DNA of 61,169 bases from Clostridia bacterium (GCA_017886645.1 JAGHJM010000099.1:1-61169), one strand, 5' to 3'. Shown: positions 10,716 through 18,888, counted from the stretch's first letter. Translations and numbers: made by a program. The notes: generated by a model from the letters alone, not told the origin.

Positions 10716-10745
10716 TTGACATTTACTAAAAAAATGTGCTACAAT
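10716..10745 (+). promoter_or_regulatory. sigma-A type promoter for tRNA-Leu
   Basis: TTGACA lies at 10716-10721, followed by an 18-nt spacer ending in TGc, then TACAAT at 10740-10745. The promoter is bracketed by the inverted repeat CTATTGACA / TGTCAATAG. Confidence 0.7.
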
Positions 10746-10766
10746 AATTGTTGTCAATAGAAATTT

Positions 10767-10850
10767 GCGGATGTGGCGAAACTGGCAGACGCGCTGGTCT
10801 TAGGAACCAGTGCCAACGGCGTGGAGGTTCGAGTCCTCTCATCCGCACCA
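10767..10850 (+). tRNA. tRNA-Leu, anticodon UAG
   Basis: I folded the cloverleaf by hand. The acceptor stem is GCGGATG/CATCCGC, the anticodon stem is CTGGT/ACCAG with loop CTTAGGA, there is a long variable arm, the T-arm is GGAGGTTCGAGTCCTCT, and CCA is encoded. Confidence 0.9.
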
Positions 10851-10992
10851 ATAATGTTTCTGTTCGAACGCCATCAAACAGAATTTATGCAAAATCAATC
10901 AGAAATAAGAATCTGGTTGATTTTTTGTTTACAAAAAGATTTCTTTTATTAGGTGTAGAACTAGTAAATTTATATCACAGAACATTTGAGTT
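10845..10992 (+). repeat. tRNA-flank module, copy A
   Basis: The module begins at GCACCAATAA. It then has the hairpin AATCAATCAGA..TCTGGTTGATTTTTT, followed by TTTCTTTTATTAGGT and CACAGAACATTTGAGTT. It is homologous to 11885-12023. Confidence 0.75.
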
Positions 10993-11143
10993 ATATTAGC
11001 ATGACACAACATATAAAAGACTCTTAGCATAAAGTTAAGAGTCTTTCATTATTTTATAACAATTATCGCCCCCAAAATTAATCCAAAAGCCGTAGTTTCA
11101 AGTAAATAAATTCAATTTTACATATATCCTTTATAATAGATAT

Positions 11144-11172
11144 GTTGTCAAAAATCCCCGTCCCAATTGACA
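11144..11172 (+). promoter_or_regulatory. 29-nt inverted-repeat motif, copy A
   Basis: The sequence is GTTGTCAAAAATCCCCGTCCCAATTGACA. It matches 12021-12049 at 27 of 29 positions and ends 31 nt before the -10 hexamer. Confidence 0.6.
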
Positions 11173-11180
11173 TATATAAT

Positions 11181-11209
11181 TTGCAATTTTATGTAAAATG
11201 TGTTATAAT
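11181..11209 (+). promoter_or_regulatory. sigma-A promoter with extended -10 for the 138-aa ORF
   Basis: TTGCAA is followed by a 17-nt spacer ending in TGt, then TATAAT. Confidence 0.7.
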
Positions 11210-11292
11210 TGTAGTGATGAAGAGTTTTGGCTCTGTTTCATCAGTAGTAAATAAACCACAAAGAACGCGTTATTACGCAAGGAGGAAAAATT

Positions 11293-11709
11293 ATGGCAAA
11301 ATACGAAGACGAAGGTTATTGTCCGTGTCAGTGGCTTGAGTTTACTGCCGATAATCGCTTGGCGGGTCTGTGGAGCTTGATCGGTTACAGTGTGGTGTAT
11401 GAGAAGGAAGATGCAGTAAAATGCACTCCTGACACCGCTACTTGCGACAAGGCTTTCAGCTCCGATCCTATCGCTTACGATGTGCTTTCCGCCATCGTTA
11501 AGAGGAATGTGAACGCTGATAAAATTCTCGTACATCAGCTTCACAATGGCGCTGTCAATACGCAACGTATCTCTGACATTCAGAAGACCTTGGCAGAAGC
11601 AACCAATCCGCAGCTGATTGCACATGCAAAAAGCAACTTCATTGTCATCATCGCCGATGCTTCTTATGGCATTGATGTGTGGGTCTGGGATCTCTCAAGC
11701 TGCTATTAA
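11293..11709 (+). CDS. hypothetical protein, compositionally foreign
   Basis: AGGAGG lies 7 nt before the ATG, and a clean terminator follows the stop. GC is about 44-50% in hand-counted lines, against about 20-28% in the flanks. I did not recognise a family. Confidence 0.65.
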   Translation: MAKYEDEGYCPCQWLEFTADNRLAGLWSLIGYSVVYEKEDAVKCTPDTATCDKAFSSDPIAYDVLSAIVKRNVNADKILVHQLHNGAVNTQRISDIQKTLAEATNPQLIAHAKSNFIVIIADASYGIDVWVWDLSSCY

Positions 11710-11736
11710 GCCATAACTAAAAAAACGAATTGTTTT

Positions 11737-11765
11737 CTGCACTCGAAATGGGTGCAGTTTTTTTT
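11737..11765 (+). terminator. rho-independent terminator
   Basis: The stem-loop CTGCAC-tcgaaatgg-GTGCAG is followed by T8. Confidence 0.8.
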
Positions 11766-11884
11766 GAAATTTTTATTAAATTTATTGTATCTTATAAAAA
11801 ATATGATATATTTTAGTAGATTGATTGATATTTGTATTCAATCATTATGAGAGTCAAAAAAGCTTGTAGATAATTACTTTGATG

Positions 11885-12023
11885 GCACCAATAAATGATC
11901 TATTCAAACTAATTGAATGCTAAGAAACAAAAATCAATCAGAAGTGGTTGATTTTTTTGTTTGAAAAAAATTTCTTTTATTAGGTATGAAACTATTAAAT
12001 TTGTCTCACAGTACACCTGAGTT
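11885..12023 (+). repeat. tRNA-flank module, copy B
   Basis: It starts with GCACCAATAA, which is identical to the tRNA 3' end plus flank. It then has AATCAATCAGAAGTGGTTGATTTTTTT, TTTCTTTTATTAGGT and CACAGTACACCTGAGTT. Confidence 0.75.
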
Positions 12024-12049
12024 GTCAAAAATCTCCGTCCCGATTGACA
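12021..12049 (+). promoter_or_regulatory. 29-nt inverted-repeat motif, copy B
   Basis: The sequence is GTTGTCAAAAATCTCCGTCCCGATTGACA. It ends 31 nt before TGgTATTAT (12078-12086). Confidence 0.6.
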
Positions 12050-12137
12050 CAAAAGTATTTATCTTTTTATTAAAATATGGTATTATCTTCTGTGCAGGCA
12101 AAATTTATTTTAGTGCATAGTTGTATAGGAGGTTTTT

Positions 12138-12764
12138 ATGCAAAAAATAATTTTCGGTACTACAAATAGACGGAAAATCGAAGACTTAAATGAAATAATA
12201 AAGCACTGTCATTTTCCCGCCAAGATTCTCACATTACAAGATATTGGTTGGGATTTAGGAGAAATTGAAGAAGCTGGTCGCTCACTTTCAGAAAATTCTT
12301 TAATCAAAGCTCATGCTATTCGCAACTTTTGTCTATCCCACCATCTTTCGTATCCAATAATTACTGATGATTCTGGGCTTTTTGTTCACAGCCTTAATGG
12401 AAAACCTGGAATCCGTACCGCAAGATATGCCGACGAAGAATTGTCTACTAACCCAAGCCTTCCTAAGTATGAATGCGTAAATAAGCTGTTAAGAAATTTG
12501 AAAGATGCCTCCAATAGGGATGCAACTTATAAGTGCGTTGTAACATGTATCCGCCAAAGTGGTACATATTTCCAAGTTTCGAGCAGAAGTCAAGGAAAAA
12601 TCGCAAACGAGATTGTTGAACCAATTCAAAAGCCGTATTTTTATTCAGTATTCATTTTAGACTCTGCACAAAAAACTTTTAACCAATTGTCCAAGGAGGA
12701 ACTAAAAGAAACTTATAGGTATAAAGCATTAGAAAGAACTCTAGAAGTACTTTTTCATATGTAA
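12138..12764 (+). CDS. divergent Ham1/RdgB-family non-canonical NTP pyrophosphatase
   Basis: It carries FGTTNRRKIED, ITDDSGLFVHSLNGKPGIRTARYA and ENSLIKA. The usual C-terminal FGYDP and SHR motifs are replaced by PYFYSVF and YRYKA. An AGGAGG precedes the ATG. Confidence 0.75.
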   Translation: MQKIIFGTTNRRKIEDLNEIIKHCHFPAKILTLQDIGWDLGEIEEAGRSLSENSLIKAHAIRNFCLSHHLSYPIITDDSGLFVHSLNGKPGIRTARYADEELSTNPSLPKYECVNKLLRNLKDASNRDATYKCVVTCIRQSGTYFQVSSRSQGKIANEIVEPIQKPYFYSVFILDSAQKTFNQLSKEELKETYRYKALERTLEVLFHM

Positions 12765-12874
12765 ACCTATTTTTTCCAAAGTTTCCCCAAATATTAAATC
12801 TTATACAGAGTATAATATCTTATATTTATCTTGCACTAAGGGACGTTGGCATTTATTGCCACGCCCCTATTTTA

Positions 12875-14386
12875 TTAGCTTTTCTCTAAATCTTTTACTG
12901 TTGGTCCATATATCGTTTTCCCTTTATAGTCATATCTTGATCCATGGCATGGACAATCCCACGTTTTATCTAAATTATTCCATATAAGTTCACAACCTAA
13001 ATGCTTGCACTTTGGTATTATTCTATATAAAATTCCTTTTTCATTTCTATATATTCCTATTTTTTCACCGTTAATTTCTACTATTTTTCCTTCTCCTATT
13101 TTTACTTTTTCTTCAATTTCTTGTGGTATCTTTAGTTTTTTTATAATAAGAGAATTTACTGTTTCTTTTAACATATTTCCCATTTCTGTATTATTTTTTA
13201 TTGGCTCTAATCTTGTTGATGTATATAATTCTTCATATTCATTTTCCTTGCCTAATATATTGTCTGATATTATTTCTGCTGCTATATTTGATGTAGTTAT
13301 TCCCCATTTGTTAAATCCCGTTGCTACATAAGCATTTTCCCACATTTTTGAATATGAACCTATATATGGTATTTTATCTAAAGTAATACAATCTTCTGTA
13401 TTCCAATAATATTTTATATTTTCTACCGGATATATTTTCTTTGCTATATCTTCTAAATTTTTATATGAATTTGTTAAATCTATATCTTCTCCTGTTTTAT
13501 GGTCAGAACCTACTACAATTAATAAATATCCATCATTTTCCTTCGCTGTTCTTAATGAAATTTTAGGATTAGCTGAACTTATATACATTCCTTCAAATAA
13601 TTTTTCTTTTGTTTCTATCGCTATAGCATAGCTTGTCGATTGATACATTTTCATAAAGTAAAAGCCCGGCATATTTATTATTGGATATTTTGTTGCTACA
13701 ACTAAATATTTAGTCCTAATGCTACATCCATTTTCTGTATGAACAGTGTAATAGTTTTCTTCATTTTTTACTTCTACTACTTTTGTATTTTCATATATAC
13801 TCACACCATAATTTTTACATATTTCTGTTAACGAACTTACGTATTTATATGAATTAAATTGTGCTTGATTTTCAAATTCAATAGCAGAAATAGGATTTAA
13901 ATTCATAACTTTTTTATCTATGTTTTCTTTTGCTATATATTTAGCTCTTCCACCAAAACTCTGTACTATTTCTACTTCTTCTTTTACTTTTTTATCTTCT
14001 TCTTCAGATTGTGCAAATATAAATGCTGATTGTTTTTCATAGTCACAATCAATTTTCTCTTCTTTTATAATATTACTTATGTCTTTAATAGCATTTTCAT
14101 TTGCTTCATAATATTTCTTCGCAAATTCTTCTCCCTTAGAATCTTTTAAATATTTATAAAACAACCCATGTTGACTTGTGATTTTAGATGTGCTATTACC
14201 AGTAGTTTGATAACCCATTTTATCTTTTTCTATTAATATAATGTTTAAATTTTCTTTAGCTAATTTATATGCAACACTGACTCCTGTGATTCCTCCACCA
14301 ATTATGCATACGTCAGTTCTAATATCTTCTTTTAGTTCCTTGTATTCATTTTCATTCTTTACGCTTTCTATCCAATATGATTGCAT
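12875..14386 (-). CDS. FAD-dependent oxidoreductase fused to a C-terminal Rieske [2Fe-2S] domain
   Basis: It has VCIIGGGITGVS and the Rieske pattern CKHLGC..CPCHGS. The ATG at 14386 follows AAGGAGAG; the track start is a GTG. Confidence 0.8.
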   Translation of the reverse strand: MQSYWIESVKNENEYKELKEDIRTDVCIIGGGITGVSVAYKLAKENLNIILIEKDKMGYQTTGNSTSKITSQHGLFYKYLKDSKGEEFAKKYYEANENAIKDISNIIKEEKIDCDYEKQSAFIFAQSEEEDKKVKEEVEIVQSFGGRAKYIAKENIDKKVMNLNPISAIEFENQAQFNSYKYVSSLTEICKNYGVSIYENTKVVEVKNEENYYTVHTENGCSIRTKYLVVATKYPIINMPGFYFMKMYQSTSYAIAIETKEKLFEGMYISSANPKISLRTAKENDGYLLIVVGSDHKTGEDIDLTNSYKNLEDIAKKIYPVENIKYYWNTEDCITLDKIPYIGSYSKMWENAYVATGFNKWGITTSNIAAEIISDNILGKENEYEELYTSTRLEPIKNNTEMGNMLKETVNSLIIKKLKIPQEIEEKVKIGEGKIVEINGEKIGIYRNEKGILYRIIPKCKHLGCELIWNNLDKTWDCPCHGSRYDYKGKTIYGPTVKDLEKS

Positions 14387-14442
14387 TAAAATCACTCTCC
14401 TTATGGTAAATTATTTGCAATCTTTTTTAAAATATACATTTC

Positions 14443-14471
14443 TTGCTCTTTTTTCTTTTCTATGATATAAT
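14443..14471 (+). promoter_or_regulatory. sigma-A promoter with extended -10 for the hydrolase-like gene
   Basis: TTGCTC is followed by a 17-nt spacer ending in TGa, then TATAAT. The perfect palindrome ATGTAAATCATTTACAT lies at 14476-14492, between the -10 and the SD. Confidence 0.65.
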
Positions 14472-14512
14472 TTTTATGTAAATCATTTACATATTTTTTG
14501 AGGGGGATTCTC

Positions 14513-15280
14513 ATGAAAATTCGGAATGTAGTTTACAAGACTCGGAACATAGTAGTTGTTTTAAAACGAAAAGTTCAAAACACTACTAATTGCGTAATTA
14601 TTGGAAGTGGATATAGTCTATCTGTAAATGAAAAAGGCCAAGTAATATATAAAGATCCATTATTTTTTGCACCAAGCGGAAAGGGATATGGAAATTGTGA
14701 TGTTTTCTCCATGTTTTTTACCTTAAACTGTCTTGGTTTGCAAGAAGCAGGAAAAGATTTAGCCGATTTTATAAATAACAAATTATATCATTACTCGGGT
14801 GTCATACTCCATGGTCATTCTAAGTGCGGAGCTTGCTTTCTAAATCTTGCACAATGGCTAAATAGGAAAGTAAGCATTATAAGTATATCTGCACCTATAA
14901 ATATCAGTGGAGCACCTATTACAAGTCCAGAATTTAATCAAGGGCTAAATATTGTAGAAGCAAAACTTTTCAATTATATTTATTCAAATCATAAAGTAGA
15001 CAAAGATATTTCACCAAACTCAAATTTTCTAAAAAATATTAACCTTGTTGCTTTCCGTGAACACCGCTACAAAATAATCGTTTCTACATGCTGCAGAAAT
15101 ATTACTTTCAATCCGGTTTCTGTTTTTCTTAAATGGTTTGATAAAATGCATGGCATAAATGGAGATGGTATTATTCCGCTTTGTTCACAGGTACCAACAT
15201 TTTGTAGTTTTGACTTAATAAGCGCAACTCATGCTGAATCTATGCATAAAAGCATTAAATTTGTAAAACCATTCTTATGA
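14513..15280 (+). CDS. alpha/beta-hydrolase-like protein (putative Ser-Asp-His esterase/lipase fold)
   Basis: It has a nucleophile-elbow-like LHGHSKCG, then INGDGIIP and ATHAESMH. GAGGGGGA precedes the ATG at 14513. GC is about 33-37%, which is above the flanks. Confidence 0.5.
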   Translation: MKIRNVVYKTRNIVVVLKRKVQNTTNCVIIGSGYSLSVNEKGQVIYKDPLFFAPSGKGYGNCDVFSMFFTLNCLGLQEAGKDLADFINNKLYHYSGVILHGHSKCGACFLNLAQWLNRKVSIISISAPINISGAPITSPEFNQGLNIVEAKLFNYIYSNHKVDKDISPNSNFLKNINLVAFREHRYKIIVSTCCRNITFNPVSVFLKWFDKMHGINGDGIIPLCSQVPTFCSFDLISATHAESMHKSIKFVKPFL

Positions 15281-15288
15281 GAATATTA

Positions 15289-15320
15289 AAGAGGGGGAGC
15301 AAAGATTGCTCCCCCTTTAT
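15289..15320. terminator. bidirectional terminator between the convergent hydrolase-like and LemA genes
   Basis: The stem-loop AGGGGGAGC-aaagatt-GCTCCCCCT is flanked by A and T runs. Confidence 0.8.
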
Positions 15321-15330
15321 TATAATTATT

Positions 15331-15858
15331 TTAAGTTTGTTTGTCTTCATCTAGTTCAAATAGATTCATTTCTTTAAAATTAAATAATTTTGCTATTAAA
15401 TTATTTGGAAAAGTACTAATACTAATATTGTAATTTGTTACATCATTATTATAAATTCTTCTTACTGCTTGTAATTGGCTTTCTACTTTTACCAATGTTT
15501 TTTGTAAATTTAAAAATTGCTCACCTGATTTTAGTTCTGGATAATTTTCTATTATAGCAATTATTTCCTTATATTGCTTAGTTAGACTATTAGCAGCCTC
15601 CATATTTTTATTCATATTATATTCAGTTCTTAATTTTGCTATATTTTCTAATACTTCCTTTTCATGTTTCATATAGCCTTTTGTAATTTCCACTAAATTA
15701 GGTATAAGATCAAATCTTTGTTGTAAATATACATCTATACCACTTTCAGATTGAATTGCCCTTTTTCTTAAAACTGTTAGTTTATTATAAATTATAACTA
15801 TCGCTAGCAATAGTATTATTATTAATATTACTATAAATCCAATTCCTATCTCTAACAT
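15331..15858 (-). CDS. lemA: LemA family protein
   Basis: It has an N-terminal TM helix and the motif VYLQQRFDLIPNLVE. Confidence 0.85.
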   Translation of the reverse strand: MLEIGIGFIVILIIILLLAIVIIYNKLTVLRKRAIQSESGIDVYLQQRFDLIPNLVEITKGYMKHEKEVLENIAKLRTEYNMNKNMEAANSLTKQYKEIIAIIENYPELKSGEQFLNLQKTLVKVESQLQAVRRIYNNDVTNYNISISTFPNNLIAKLFNFKEMNLFELDEDKQT

Positions 15859-15967
15859 TCATTTTCTCCTTTTTACTAATTTTAGCATATAAAATTTTAT
15901 ATTACAACAAATTAGTTGTTTTTATTTTATTCATATGATAATATTCTTTTAAGGGGGGGATTTACTT

Positions 15968-17074
15968 ATGAAAAAACGTAATGTAAGTACAATTATTTTA
16001 TTAGTCTTTCTAGCCTTTTTTCTTGTTGGCATTTTTATTATTTCTCAATCTTTTGGTGGTCTTATGAAAATGCAAAGTTTTCATATGTTACTAATCTTGG
16101 TAGTATTTATTATATTCTTTATTATATTTTCCATTATAAATAAAAATTCTAGAAGGCCTGGTAGATTTTTCATATCTTCAGAAACAACTCCAGAATTTGA
16201 AAATTTATATACTGATCTATGTAGTAATTATTTTAATAATTTAAAAAAATTTCAAATAATAACAAGATGCTTTATAATTTGTGTTTTTATTTTTCTAGCT
16301 TTTTTGTTTATTTTTCCTAATAATATTGTTAAACTTGCAAGTATCATCCTTGTTTTTGCATGTGTTATATTAAGTATTGTTTTTAAAAATAAATATGTTG
16401 CAGAATATAAGAATGTTGTTATATATAATTTTGTAAAACTTTTTAATCATAAGTTAGACTATTCTAAAAATTCTGAATATGAATTATTTATGAAAAGCTT
16501 TATTGATTCTAATTTTGAAGTATCCGGATTTTCTAAGTTTTACTCGGATGATTATATAAAAGGATATTTAAACGAAAATACATTTATTAGAATGAGTGAT
16601 ATAAAGGTAGAAAAAATTGTTAGGGATAAACGAGATAATACTAGAGAAAAAATAACATTATTTGAAGGTATATTCGCATTTACAACTTCTATAAAAAACA
16701 TTAATACATATTTAAAAATATCATTAAATCGTTTTAGATTTTTTAAACCAAGAAATACTGTTGAAATGGATAGTTCTGAATTTGAATCATACTTCGATGT
16801 AGTTTCTCCTGATAAAATTCTTACTATGCGAATTCTTACTCATGACGTTATGGATACTTTGATTGATTTTTATAAAACATATAATTTATCTTTTGAAATT
16901 GCTTTTAAGAATAATTTTATTTATTTAAGATTCTATACTGGTCCTATGTTCGAACCTAAGATATGGAATAATTCATTAGACAAAAAATTGCTATATACAT
17001 ATTATTGCATATTAAGTTTTATTATTGCAGTAAGTAAAAATGTCAATAAAGCATTAGAGGATATAGAAATTTAG
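15968..17074 (+). CDS. membrane protein, DUF3137-like
   Basis: It has several N-terminal TM helices and a soluble C-terminal domain. It lies divergent to lemA, which is a known pairing. I assigned the family from memory. Confidence 0.45.
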   Translation: MKKRNVSTIILLVFLAFFLVGIFIISQSFGGLMKMQSFHMLLILVVFIIFFIIFSIINKNSRRPGRFFISSETTPEFENLYTDLCSNYFNNLKKFQIITRCFIICVFIFLAFLFIFPNNIVKLASIILVFACVILSIVFKNKYVAEYKNVVIYNFVKLFNHKLDYSKNSEYELFMKSFIDSNFEVSGFSKFYSDDYIKGYLNENTFIRMSDIKVEKIVRDKRDNTREKITLFEGIFAFTTSIKNINTYLKISLNRFRFFKPRNTVEMDSSEFESYFDVVSPDKILTMRILTHDVMDTLIDFYKTYNLSFEIAFKNNFIYLRFYTGPMFEPKIWNNSLDKKLLYTYYCILSFIIAVSKNVNKALEDIEI

Positions 17075-17133
17075 TTAATTTATGTAAAAAATATGATATG
17101 AATATTAATCATATCATATTTTTTGATTTATTG

Positions 17134-17928
17134 TTATCCCAATGCTACATCTAATATCATCATTATTACAAATCCTATAGCAACACCAATTGTACCTATA
17201 TTTGAATGTTCACCTTCTTGTGCCTCTGGAATTAGCTCTTCTACTACTACATATATCATTGCTCCTGCTGCAAAAGATAGTATATATGGTAATATTGGTA
17301 ATATAGTACTGGTTAGTAATATTGTTATTAAAGCACTTATTGGTTCAACTATTCCAGATAAAGTTCCATACAAAAAAGCTTTAGGCTTAGAAACTCCTTC
17401 ACTTTTCAATGGCATTGATACAATTGCACCTTCTGGAAAGTTTTGTATTGCTATTCCAATAGCAAGTGCTACTGCTCCAGCCAATGTAATGCCCGTATTT
17501 TGTGCTAATACACCTGCAAACACCACACCTACAGCCATTCCTTCTGGTATATTATGAAGTGTTACTGCCAGCATCATCATCGTAGTCTTTTTCAATTTTG
17601 ATTTTAATCCTTCTGGTTTTTCTGTCTTTAAATGTAAATGCGGTATTAAACTATCTAAAACTAATAAAAATACCATGCCTAGTATAAATCCTATGGCTGC
17701 TGGCACCCAAGCTATTTTTCCCTGCTCTTCTGACATATTTATTGAAGGTATAATAAGTGACCAAATAGACGCTGCTATCATAACTCCCGATGCAAATCCT
17801 AGCAAAAGTTTTTCTACTCTTTTATTAATTTGGTTTCTCATTAGAAATACCATAGCAGCACCTAAGGTTGTTCCTAAAAAAGGGATTAATAGTCCTATAG
17901 CAATATTCATATTTTTCTCCTTTATCAA
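17134..17928 (-). CDS. ZIP-family metal (Zn) transporter, ZupT-like
   Basis: It is polytopic and carries HNIPEGMAVG and FAAGAMIYVV. Confidence 0.8.
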   Translation of the reverse strand: MIKEKNMNIAIGLLIPFLGTTLGAAMVFLMRNQINKRVEKLLLGFASGVMIAASIWSLIIPSINMSEEQGKIAWVPAAIGFILGMVFLLVLDSLIPHLHLKTEKPEGLKSKLKKTTMMMLAVTLHNIPEGMAVGVVFAGVLAQNTGITLAGAVALAIGIAIQNFPEGAIVSMPLKSEGVSKPKAFLYGTLSGIVEPISALITILLTSTILPILPYILSFAAGAMIYVVVEELIPEAQEGEHSNIGTIGVAIGFVIMMILDVALG

Positions 17929-17933
17929 TAATA

Positions 17934-18824
17934 TTACTTATTTCTATTTTTTACATATAAAGCTAATTCTACTAAAAATTTTGCCTTTTCCCCATATGGA
18001 GTAAGTTCCTTAATTGCCTCTTCTATTAATTTATCTAACTTGTTTTTTGCTTCTTCTATCCCATATTTTGATACATATGTACATTTTTTCATTTTTTTAT
18101 CATTTCCAACTGGTTTACCTAATATTTTTTCGTCTCCTTCTTCTGATAAAATGTCATCTTTTACTTGAAATGCCAGTCCTACTTTTTCCGCATAATTTGT
18201 TAGTTTTTTAAAATCATTTTCTTCACATTCAGCTAAGTAAGCACCCATTCTAACAGAAAGCCTTAGTAATGCTCCTGTTTTATTTGCATTCATGTATTCT
18301 AAATATTTTTCCAATACGTCTTTTCCTTCATATTCTGTATCTATATATTCTCCCGCTATCATTCTATCAACTGCGTATGAAAATTCCTTAAATACCATCA
18401 TTTTTATATCTAATTTTGATTTATCTACTGTATTTAATAAATCTTTACTTATCACTATATAAGCATTATTTAACAGCCCATCTCCTGCAAGTATAGCTGT
18501 TGCTTCATTAAATTGTTTATGGTTTGTAGGTTTTCCATGTCTAAAATCATCATTATCTATTCCTGGTAAATCATCATGAATTAATGAAAAATTGTGTATC
18601 ATTTCAATTGCAACCGCATAAGGTAAACATTCTTTTATGTCATTTTTAAACAGCTGATATGTTGCTATAACTAAAATAGGTCTTAACCTTTTTCCTCCTG
18701 CCATAAGGCTATATTCCATAGACTCATTTAAAACTTTTTCTGGGCAATTTTCTTTTCTTACATATTTTTGCAACTCTTTATTTATAATTTCTTGATATTT
18801 TTTTAATTCTTCTTTAAAGTCCAT
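17934..18824 (-). CDS. ispA: polyprenyl (farnesyl/geranylgeranyl) diphosphate synthase
   Basis: It has the FARM motif HDDLPGIDNDDFRHGKPT and the SARM motif FQVKDDILS. Confidence 0.85.
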   Translation of the reverse strand: MDFKEELKKYQEIINKELQKYVRKENCPEKVLNESMEYSLMAGGKRLRPILVIATYQLFKNDIKECLPYAVAIEMIHNFSLIHDDLPGIDNDDFRHGKPTNHKQFNEATAILAGDGLLNNAYIVISKDLLNTVDKSKLDIKMMVFKEFSYAVDRMIAGEYIDTEYEGKDVLEKYLEYMNANKTGALLRLSVRMGAYLAECEENDFKKLTNYAEKVGLAFQVKDDILSEEGDEKILGKPVGNDKKMKKCTYVSKYGIEEAKNKLDKLIEEAIKELTPYGEKAKFLVELALYVKNRNK

Positions 18825-18888
18825 ATTTTATCTCCCCTTAATATTTATATATTTTACTTTTCTTATACCCTATTATAATAATTTCTAT

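Noticed and set aside
10748-10999. An 83-aa plus-strand ORF.
   Set aside because: It runs straight through the tRNA-Leu gene and its terminator, and it has no SD.
11203-11625. A 140-aa minus-strand ORF antisense to the 138-aa ORF.
   Set aside because: It has no SD or promoter and is an antisense artefact of the GC-rich segment.
11200-11770. The GC-rich patch could be a structured ncRNA, which is the usual reason for GC islands in AT-rich genomes.
   Set aside because: I found no RNase P, tmRNA, SRP or other conserved ncRNA motifs. The region has a textbook promoter, AGGAGG, ATG, a 138-codon ORF with GC-rich third positions, and a terminator. This cannot be fully excluded without covariance-model searches.
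10845-11894. The GCACCAATAA direct repeats might be clean attL/attR sites of a single integrated element.
   Set aside because: Similarity extends about 140 nt to the right of both copies and is only partial. That pattern fits tandem related modules better than a simple core duplication, so I kept this as a hypothesis only.
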